A stretch of 37,954 nt of DNA, taken from contig JACROI010000025.1 of the NCBI GenBank assembly GCA_016214465.1, positions 1 through 37,954 on the forward strand. Reading direction: 5' to 3'. Source of the DNA: Candidatus Magasanikiibacteriota bacterium. Lineage in GTDB: Bacteria; Patescibacteriota; Patescibacteriia; Magasanikbacterales; UBA10003. A program made the position numbers and the translations under genes. Under the pieces are notes generated by a model. The model worked only from the letters and a program-made list of their open reading frames with translations, was not told the origin of the DNA and made no database searches. Positions 1 to 6,928 of this stretch are shown here, in pieces. Each line of letters opens with the position of its first letter. Position 1 is the stretch's first letter.

Positions 1-49
1 CCGCTCCTCCGTCTTGCGAAAGATAATCGTGAACCAGAGCGACTCTCAT
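1..49 (-). CDS. Glycosyltransferase family 4 protein, N-terminal fragment (runs off window)
   Basis: Manual translation from ATG at 49 gives MRVALVHDYLSQDGGA, the typical GT4 N-terminal HD...GGAE motif. Lies downstream of a sugar transferase on the same strand. Confidence 0.8.
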   Translation of the reverse strand, partial: MRVALVHDYLSQDGGA

Positions 50-50
50 A

Positions 51-110
51 ATTTCTAGGGATGAGCCAAGCCAAAAATTTATTTTTGGCTTGCGAAGCCC
101 GACGAAATTT
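51..110. repeat. Intergenic palindrome/hairpin (REP-like or terminator)
   Basis: CAAGCCAAAAAT-ttt-ATTTTTGGCTTG perfect stem with imperfect outer arms AATTTC...GAAATT. Confidence 0.45.
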
Positions 111-128
111 CAAGCTCCGCTTATAAAA

Positions 129-1556
129 CTACAATGCCTTCCTCGCTTTAAACAATATAAACGGCGTTTTCAATAAAATTATCAAATCCAACAATACTGT
201 CCAATGCTCCAAATATAATGTATCCAACCGCACTTCTTCTTCAAACTCCAAATCACTGCGACCGGAAATCTGCGCCAAACCAGTGATGCCCGGCTTGATA
301 TTTAAAACACGGCGATGATGCTTGGCGTATTTAGCCACTTCGCGCGGCTGGTGCGGCCGTGGCCCGACAAGTGACATTTCGCCTTTCAAAACATTAAACA
401 ATTGTGGCAATTCATCCAAACTCAAACGACGCAAAACCCGACCTACCAGCGTCACTCGCGGATCATCTTTAATTTTATACACAGGCCCTTCTTTAATGCT
501 TTTTTTCGCGATCAATTCTTTTTCCACAATCAAGGCCTTTTCCTGATTGCCAAACTGCGGCCCGATGCAATACTTTTGGCGCATTGACCTGAATTTCAAA
601 GTAAAAAATTTCTTGCCCGCCTCACCCACTCGTTCATTTTTGTAAATAATAGGCCGGCCACTTTCCAAAGCCACTGCCAAAGCTGATAAAATCGTCAAAG
701 GACTGGTGATAATGATTATCATAATTGAGCCAATAATATCCAAAATTCGTTTGATCACTCTTCCCCAAATTTGCAAACGGGTTTTCTGCATTTCCACCAC
801 CGGAATTCCGGCCATTGCCGTTACCGACATATTGGACATATATGTTGAAAACAAATCAGCCGAGTATTTGAAAGTCAAGTGATTTTCATCGCAAAAATCA
901 ATCAAGGCCAATGTTTCCTGCTGGTCGGCTTTGGGATCAGTTAACAAAATTTCGTCAATCTTTTTTTGTTTGACCAATTTTAAAATTTCCGTTCGCGCGT
1001 TATCATTAAATTTCACAAATTGCGCCGCGAGCACATAACCAAATCCTTTGCGCTGTAAAATCGTTTCGCGCAAAATGTCAGTCACATGGCCATCGCCGAT
1101 AATTGCCACAAAGCGCACGCCAACGCCAAGGCGATGCAATAAATTTTTAACCAGCCGCATAATCGCGCGCTCAACACTTACAAAAACAATAGCCAAAATC
1201 CATCCAATTATCACAATAAAACGCGAATCAAAAAGTTCGCGTTGAAAAAAAATGTAAATGGTGACAGCGGCAATGCCGGTGGAGCAAGCGAAAACCACGC
1301 GCGATAAATCATTTACCAAACGCCTGTTGGGATTGACTTTGTAAAGTCCGGAGAAAACAAAAAGAACCATCCATCCGGCTGCCACAGCCAGCATCAAAGG
1401 CAAATATTTTTCAAATTTTAAATCAAACAGAACCGGCTTAATGGAGGTAAAAAAAGATGAAAAACGCAAAAAATACGCCGCCAAACCGGCTAAAACCAAC
1501 ATTAAAAAATCAAGCGGAAAATGAATGGTGGTTAAGATTATTTCCGATTTTTTCAT
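129..1556 (-). CDS. Exopolysaccharide biosynthesis polyprenyl glycosylphosphotransferase (WcaJ/CpsE-like sugar transferase)
   Basis: N-terminal TM helices; C-terminal KFRSM, DDPRVT, LDELPQLFNVLKGEMSLVGPRP and KPGITGLAQ motifs. Start moved to MKKSEI (ATG at 1556). Confidence 0.92.
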   Translation of the reverse strand: MKKSEIILTTIHFPLDFLMLVLAGLAAYFLRFSSFFTSIKPVLFDLKFEKYLPLMLAVAAGWMVLFVFSGLYKVNPNRRLVNDLSRVVFACSTGIAAVTIYIFFQRELFDSRFIVIIGWILAIVFVSVERAIMRLVKNLLHRLGVGVRFVAIIGDGHVTDILRETILQRKGFGYVLAAQFVKFNDNARTEILKLVKQKKIDEILLTDPKADQQETLALIDFCDENHLTFKYSADLFSTYMSNMSVTAMAGIPVVEMQKTRLQIWGRVIKRILDIIGSIMIIIITSPLTILSALAVALESGRPIIYKNERVGEAGKKFFTLKFRSMRQKYCIGPQFGNQEKALIVEKELIAKKSIKEGPVYKIKDDPRVTLVGRVLRRLSLDELPQLFNVLKGEMSLVGPRPHQPREVAKYAKHHRRVLNIKPGITGLAQISGRSDLEFEEEVRLDTLYLEHWTVLLDLIILLKTPFILFKARKAL

Positions 1557-1562
1557 ACAATT

Positions 1563-1600
1563 TGTCATTGCGAGCGAAACGAAGTGGAGCGTGGCAATCT
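1563..1600 (+). repeat. Half-copy of GTCATTGCGAG...GCAATCT palindromic repeat family
   Basis: TGTCATTGCGAGCGAAACGAAGTGGAGCGTGGCAATCT; same family as 10541-10632, 10753-10779 and 35430-35506. Confidence 0.8.
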
Positions 1601-1612
1601 AGAATTACTCTA

Positions 1613-1663
1613 ATTGTACCCCAATCTCACCCCCTTGACAAGCATCATATTTTATGCTAAAAT
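1613..1663. promoter_or_regulatory. Back-to-back sigma70 promoters sharing a TTGACAA -35 core
   Basis: Plus strand: TTGACA(1635-1640)-17 bp-TAAAAT(1658-1663) with TG extension, for rnpB. Minus strand: TTGTCA(1641-1636)-17 bp-TACAAT(1618-1613), for the sugar transferase. Confidence 0.75.
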
Positions 1664-1668
1664 ACCCG

Positions 1669-2072
1669 TGTCTTTGATTTGTCGAATGATCGCCTCGAAT
1701 CAAATCGGGGAGGAAAGTCCGAACGCCCCTTTAATAAAATAGAGGAAGTGGGTACCACCTAACGGGTGGGCAAGCTGGCAGGATATATGGTAAACCTGCC
1801 TGACGGACAGTGCCACAGAGACAATACTAACCCCGCAAGGGGCCAAAGGTGAAAAGTGAAGCGGTGTATCGCAATAATGACCCTAAAGGTCAAAATTACG
1901 TTTGCTACGCTTCTCATGTTTAGGCAACTAAACATTGTGGAAAACCCTACCTGGCGCAATCTCAAATACGAGAGCTTGAGCTCTGGCGCGAGCCACGGCC
2001 CAGATAGATGATCATTTCCCCGCTTTTGCAGGCGGCAGAAACAAAATTCGGCTTACGAGCAAATCAGAGACA
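1669..2072 (+). ncRNA. rnpB: RNase P RNA
   Basis: Conserved GAGGAAAGTCC, AGTGCCACAGA, AGATAGATGATC and ACAAAATTCGGCTTA motifs. P1 helix TGTCTTTGATTTG/CAAATCAGAGACA. Own promoter and terminator. Confidence 0.95.
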
Positions 2073-2075
2073 AAA

Positions 2076-2108
2076 ACAACGCCTCAGAAATCGGGGGCGT
2101 TGTTTTTT
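2076..2108 (+). terminator. Intrinsic terminator of rnpB
   Basis: ACAACGCCTC-agaaatc-GGGGGCGTTGT stem followed by a T run. Confidence 0.85.
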
Positions 2109-2218
2109 GCAAAAATACATTCTGGAAATGATGTACTTGTCAAACATTCGACTCCGTACTTCACTTTGATAGCCTTTTGTTCTTCCGTATGGTAAAATAG
2201 CGTCAACGGTCTATATTT

Positions 2219-3226
2219 ATGAAAAAAATGCCGGACAATCAAATAACTTTCTATCAATCACCGGACGGCTCGGTGAATATTGAAGTATTATTTGCCGAAG
2301 AGAACATTTGGCTAACTCAAAAAAAAATGGCTGAACTTTTTAGCATTGACAGAAGCGTGGTCACAAAACATCTTAAAAATATCTTTAGCGAAAAAGAAAT
2401 TGAAGAAAAATCAGTTAGTGCAAATTTTGCACATACTGCCGAAGACGGAAAAACTTATGAAACACAATTTTATTCCCTCGAAGCCATTATAGCGGTCGGT
2501 TATCGCGTGAATTCCGAGCGCGGTACGCAATTTCGTCAATGGGCCACGAGAATTTTAAAGAATTATATCCACAAGGGTTATACTTTAGATGTTAATCGGA
2601 TGAAATATGGCTCTCGCTTTAGCACTAGATATTTTGACGAGCTTTACGAAGAAATCAAAGATATCCGCACGAGCGAACGGATTATTTATCAAAAAATAAC
2701 TGACATTTACGCGACATCGATTGACTATTCGCCCAAAGCGTATGAGAGCAAAAAATTTTTTGCTACGGTGCAAAACAAACTTCATTTTGCCATAACCGGT
2801 AAAACCGCGGCAGAAATTATCACGAATCGCGCCAACAGCAAAAAAGACAAAATGGGATTAACTTCGTGGAGACGCTCTCCGCATGGGAAAATAATGCCGA
2901 GCGACACGGTGATCGCCAAAAATTATTTGGACAAGAAAGAAATAGAGCACCTGAATCGCATCGGCAATATGTATTTGGATTATGCCGAGATGCAAGCGGC
3001 GCGAGGCAAAGCGATGTCAATGAAAGATTGGACGGAAAAACTCAATGCCTTTCTAAAATTCAGCGAATACGAAATTTTGACAAATGCCGGCAAAATCAGT
3101 CGCGAGGTGGCGGAGGCGTTGGCGCTAAAAGAATATGAAAAATTTAGAAAAATTCAAAATAAAAACTATATATCCGATTTTGACCGCGAGGTTAAAAAAC
3201 TTTTAAAATCTAGAAAAGACAGATAA
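2219..3226 (+). CDS. Virulence RhuM family protein
   Basis: ENIWLTQKKMAELF, YSLEAIIAVGYRVNS, FRQWA, IRTSER and FFATVQNKLHFA motifs. Confidence 0.9.
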   Translation: MKKMPDNQITFYQSPDGSVNIEVLFAEENIWLTQKKMAELFSIDRSVVTKHLKNIFSEKEIEEKSVSANFAHTAEDGKTYETQFYSLEAIIAVGYRVNSERGTQFRQWATRILKNYIHKGYTLDVNRMKYGSRFSTRYFDELYEEIKDIRTSERIIYQKITDIYATSIDYSPKAYESKKFFATVQNKLHFAITGKTAAEIITNRANSKKDKMGLTSWRRSPHGKIMPSDTVIAKNYLDKKEIEHLNRIGNMYLDYAEMQAARGKAMSMKDWTEKLNAFLKFSEYEILTNAGKISREVAEALALKEYEKFRKIQNKNYISDFDREVKKLLKSRKDR

Positions 3227-3323
3227 TCATCCCCCGCGAAAGCGTGGGTAGAAACAAAATTCGGCTTACGAGCAAATCAAAGACAATTCAACAACGCCTC
3301 CGGAATCGGAGGCGTTGTTGTTT
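3217..3323 (+). repeat. Duplicate of the rnpB 3' end plus terminator (att-like direct repeat)
   Basis: 3250-3279 is identical to 2037-2066 (30 bp). Flanking similarity covers AGAYAGATRATCAT and the ACAACGCCTC...GCGTTGT terminator. Confidence 0.9.
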
Positions 3324-3433
3324 ATAAAATAAAAAGACAATCATCTAGACATATGTTTGTTGCACACAGTCGAGACAATGGTTAGAAGTTATTGACCAAT
3401 CACTTGAGCAGAGATCACAGGCATACAGAATCT

Positions 3434-4063
3434 CTACTCACACACGAGGATGCCGTGACTCTGCCTATTGAGCGGATTGTTAAAGAAAAAAAGTTTGAAT
3501 TCACGGTGCGCGCCGCGCACACTAGCAAAGGGTACAAAAGTTTTACCCATACCATCATCCGCCCACCGAGAACTGACACTTATGGCAAAGACCCACTCCC
3601 ATCTTCTCATTTCTCCTGGATAATCGTACATAAAACAGGCAAGGTCGCCAACATCAGCCAAAGTACGGCCAGCGGCCACGAGACGCGCCGCAGCTTGTTC
3701 ACCGGTCTCATCATCCAATAATGGTTCAACCCGCAAATTTACCGCACGGATACCTGTCCACGCCAACTTGAAATGCTCCGGTGTTAAATGCCGATTTATA
3801 TTCACGACATTTTTTTTCCCCACCGCCATCTTGATTAGAGCTCGAAGGCCGATCGCCTGATTGTAGATGGTTCGGAATGGGCCCCGCTTGATCACTTTCA
3901 AGTTACCATTGCGAAGCCCGGCGATAAGATCAAGGTGGGTAACTGCCCATCGGATGATTTCCGGATGGTCAGCAGCCCATCCCAACTCATCCGCCGTAAA
4001 GTGTCAGGCACGACGTTTCTCGAGTAAGTCGAACAGAATCCCTTCGTCAATCCTCTGGCCCAT
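3434..4063 (-). pseudogene. Hypothetical protein interrupted by an in-frame TGA at codon 20
   Basis: SD GAGGAGG 5 nt before ATG at 4063. MGQRIDEGILFDLLEKRRA*HFTADELGWAADHPE continues in frame into ORF 3434..3985. Confidence 0.65.
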
Positions 4064-4245
4064 AGTATCCTCCTCGCCAGCAGATAATTCATCCCAACAA
4101 TCAATATTACTTAATATTGACCGCCAACAATGATACATTCTGCTGACAAACTGGCCGAGACCAATTCCCGGCCTTCTTTCTAGCTTATTTAACCTAAATT
4201 AAGCAAAAAGAAAGCCGGGAACTTAAAAAGAACGATCAACTTAAT

Positions 4246-4274
4246 TTTATACCACACATTATTAATTATGTCAA
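4246..4274 (-). promoter_or_regulatory. sigma70 promoter whose -35 overlaps the glnA stop codon
   Basis: TTGACA(4274-4269)-17 bp-TATAAA with TG extension. Confidence 0.55.
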
Positions 4275-5638
4275 TACACCTCCAAATACCTCTCTTTTTC
4301 CCACTCGGTCACAGCGATTCTGAATTCATCCCACTCTCGCATCTTAATTTCATAATACTTTTTGAACACTTCTTCGCCCAATGTGGCTCTCACTACCTCA
4401 TCTTTATCCAAAGCGCGCAGAGCGCCATATAAATCCGGCGGCAAGGTCTCAATGCCGCGACTGACTTTTTCCATTTCATTCAATTCATAAACATTTTCTT
4501 CAATGGATGCGGGACAAACACTCTTTTTTTCAATGCCGTCCAAACCGGCCGCGAGCATGCTGGCAAATACCAAATAAGGATTGGCTGATGGGTCTGGCGA
4601 GCGTAGTTCACAGCGCGTGGCTTTAGGTTTTTGAGGATTAATGCGCGGCACGCGAATCAAAGCAGAACGATTGGTGCGGCCCCAGCTCAAATATACCGGC
4701 GCTTCATAGCCGGCCACCAGCCGCTTGTAAGAATTCACCAGTGGATTCAAGATGGCGGACAAAGCTTTCACATGATTTAATTGTCCGGCAATAAAATATC
4801 GAGCCAAAGACGACAATCCATATGAATCGACCGGGTCAAAGAAAAGGTTTTGGTTGTCCTGAAACAAACTTTGATGCACATGCATGCCCGAGCCATTGAT
4901 TCCAAAAAACGGTTTGGGCATAAAAGTTGCGTGTAGCCCATAATGCGCGGCAATATTTTTCAACGCGTATTTTAGAGTAACCACGCTATCGGCCGCATTC
5001 AGGGCGTCGGTATATTTAAAATCAATTTCCTGCTGGCCATTGGCCACCTCGTGATGCAAGGCCTCCACATCAATGTTCAATTCCTGAAGCGCGCGCGTCA
5101 TTTCTTTTCTAACCTCGCCGGCTTTATCCAGAACTTGGTCAAAATAGCAGGCCTGATCGTGCGGCTCTTTCACCAATCCACCATCAAAATTTCGTTTCAA
5201 AAGAAAAAATTCCATTTCCGGGCCGACATAATAGGTGTAGCCGATATTCTTGGCGCGAACAATTTGTTTTTTTAAAATATATCGCGGGTCGCTCGCATAT
5301 GGCTCGCCGGCCGGTGTAAAAACATCACAGATAACGCGCGCGGTGACAGAATGCTTGATGGAATCATCTTTGAACAAGCCGTTGGTCCACGGTACAATCG
5401 CGAAAGTGCTCAAATCCAATTTCAAATACATATCGCTTTCAAAAATTCGCGCGAATCCTTCAATTGACGAACCGTCAAACCAAATGTTGTATTCAATGGC
5501 TTCGGGCAGTTTGGAAACCGGAATTGTCACGGCTTTTAATTGCCCCAATAAATCCGTGAACTGCAAGTCAATAAACTTGACATTGTTTTTTTGGCAAAGC
5601 GCCAATACTTCCTCCTTGTCCAAAGTATGGTCTGGCAT
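4271..5638 (-). CDS. glnA: Glutamine synthetase type I
   Basis: FDGSSIEGF, HHEVANGQQEI, ATFMPKP..GINGSGMHVHQSL, NSYKRLV.GYEAP and NRSALIRVP motifs. Start set at MPDHTL because the longer ORF overlaps tRNA-Asn. Confidence 0.96.
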   Translation of the reverse strand: MPDHTLDKEEVLALCQKNNVKFIDLQFTDLLGQLKAVTIPVSKLPEAIEYNIWFDGSSIEGFARIFESDMYLKLDLSTFAIVPWTNGLFKDDSIKHSVTARVICDVFTPAGEPYASDPRYILKKQIVRAKNIGYTYYVGPEMEFFLLKRNFDGGLVKEPHDQACYFDQVLDKAGEVRKEMTRALQELNIDVEALHHEVANGQQEIDFKYTDALNAADSVVTLKYALKNIAAHYGLHATFMPKPFFGINGSGMHVHQSLFQDNQNLFFDPVDSYGLSSLARYFIAGQLNHVKALSAILNPLVNSYKRLVAGYEAPVYLSWGRTNRSALIRVPRINPQKPKATRCELRSPDPSANPYLVFASMLAAGLDGIEKKSVCPASIEENVYELNEMEKVSRGIETLPPDLYGALRALDKDEVVRATLGEEVFKKYYEIKMREWDEFRIAVTEWEKERYLEVY

Positions 5639-5689
5639 ATGTTTGTGTGGATTGCCCACATTAAATAAATAATTTATTTTGCGACAAAT

Positions 5690-5761
5690 CTCTCGGGGAA
5701 GGAATCGAACCTTCACTATCCTCGTTAACAGCGAGGCGTTTTACCATTAAACTACCCGAGA
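5690..5761 (-). tRNA. tRNA-Asn (GTT)
   Basis: Cloverleaf: acceptor stem TCTCGGG/CCCGAGA, anticodon arm CTCG-ctGTTaa-CGAG, TTCGATT T-loop. No encoded CCA. Confidence 0.95.
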
Positions 5762-5779
5762 AAATTGACGCAAAGCCAT

Positions 5780-5812
5780 AAAATTAAAACACCCTCCAAG
5801 CGGTCGGAGGGT
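5780..5812 (-). terminator. Attenuator terminator (3:4 hairpin) upstream of tRNA-Asn/glnA
   Basis: ACCCTCCGA-ccgc-TTGGAGGGT stem followed by GTTTTAATTTT on the minus strand. Confidence 0.85.
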
Positions 5813-5838
5813 ATCTGATGCTATGATTTTCAGCGCAA

Positions 5839-5907
5839 TCAGAAAGCCCTCCGGCTCAAAGCGGAGTTATTATTATTGTTATTCAAGTTATACACAGTTC
5901 TTTTCAT
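5839..5907 (-). CDS. Poly-Asn leader peptide MKRTVYNLNNNNNNSALSRRAF (22 aa)
   Basis: ATG at 5907 to TGA at 5839. 7 Asn in 8 codons using mixed AAT/AAC. Overlaps alternative pairing segments of an attenuator. Confidence 0.85.
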   Translation of the reverse strand: MKRTVYNLNNNNNNSALSRRAF

Positions 5908-5913
5908 AAATAT

Positions 5914-5942
5914 ACTATACAATATCGGCTGGCCGCGGTCAA
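5914..5942 (-). promoter_or_regulatory. sigma70 promoter for a leaderless leader-peptide transcript
   Basis: TTGACC(5942-5937)-17 bp-TATAGT(5919-5914). The ATG starts 7 nt after the -10 box. The -35 overlaps the trpS TGA stop. Confidence 0.8.
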
Positions 5943-6919
5943 ATTAAACCAACTTTTTCTCTCACTTCCTTAATCTTTTTTTCTGCCAATTTTTGGGCGC
6001 GAACTTGCCCATCAGACAAAATTTTCAACACCGCTTTGTTATCAAAGGCGGATATTTTTTTCTGAATCGGTTGCAAAAATTTATTAATCTCTTGCGCCAA
6101 AGATTTTTTAAAATCCGCGTAACCCTGGCCGACAAATTCTTTTTCAGATTGCGCGATAGTTTGATTGGTTAATAAAGAATAAATTGTCAGAAGATTGGTG
6201 AGCGCCGGTTTGTCTTGGCCTGAAACAACATCTCGGCCGGAATCAGTGACGGCGCGAGCGATTTTTTTCTCCACTGTTTTAGTATCATCGGTCAAAGCGA
6301 TAAAATTAAAAGATGAAGCCGCGCTCTTGCTCATTTTCTTTAATGGATCATCCAATCCCATAATACGCGCGCCTTGTTTTTGCACCAAACATTCTGGCAC
6401 GACAAATGTCTCACCAAAATTTTCGTTAAACCGCCGCGCCAAAACGCGCGCCAATTCCACATGCTGTTTCTGGTCTTCGCCAACCGGCACAACGGCCGTG
6501 TCATACAGCAAAATATCAGCCGCCATTAAAACCGGATAAATGAACAAACCAGCATTGATATTTTCTTTATGCACAAGAGATTTATCTTTAAATTGCGTCA
6601 TTCGTTCCAATTCAGGCAGTTTAGTTATGGTATTTAAAATCCAAGCCAAATCGGCATGCTGCGGCACTTGCGATTGAACAAAAATTGTTGATTTTTGAAA
6701 ATCAAGCCCCAAAGCCAAATATATTTTCGCCAATTCAATTGTATTTCTCCTTAATTCTTCCGGCTTTTGACGCACAGTCAGGGCGTGCAAATCCACAATA
6801 CAAAAAATACTGTCGTATTTCTTGACCAATTCCAGCCACTGCTTAATGGCTCCCAAATAATTGCCCAAATGAATCATGCCGGACGGCTGAATGCCTGAAA
6901 AAAGACGAGGTGTATTCAT
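5939..6919 (-). CDS. trpS: Tryptophan--tRNA ligase
   Basis: SGIQPSG.IHLGNYLGA (HIGH), VPVGEDQKQH and KMSKS motifs. Confidence 0.97.
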   Translation of the reverse strand: MNTPRLFSGIQPSGMIHLGNYLGAIKQWLELVKKYDSIFCIVDLHALTVRQKPEELRRNTIELAKIYLALGLDFQKSTIFVQSQVPQHADLAWILNTITKLPELERMTQFKDKSLVHKENINAGLFIYPVLMAADILLYDTAVVPVGEDQKQHVELARVLARRFNENFGETFVVPECLVQKQGARIMGLDDPLKKMSKSAASSFNFIALTDDTKTVEKKIARAVTDSGRDVVSGQDKPALTNLLTIYSLLTNQTIAQSEKEFVGQGYADFKKSLAQEINKFLQPIQKKISAFDNKAVLKILSDGQVRAQKLAEKKIKEVREKVGLI

Positions 6920-6928
6920 ATTGGTATA

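Noticed and set aside
1759-1965. 68-aa minus-strand ORF
   Set aside because: Antisense to the RNase P RNA.
4004-4006. Genome-wide TGA recoding (code 25) or selenocysteine
   Set aside because: Conserved genes here terminate at TGA at their expected C-termini; there is no Cys-type context or evident SECIS.
5639-5716. N-terminal extension of glnA in the ORF track
   Set aside because: Overlaps tRNA-Asn; GS similarity begins after the ATG at 5638.
5866-5889. (AAT)n run as a mere microsatellite
   Set aside because: AAT and AAC alternate synonymously in frame, and the run is positioned just before the attenuator stems.
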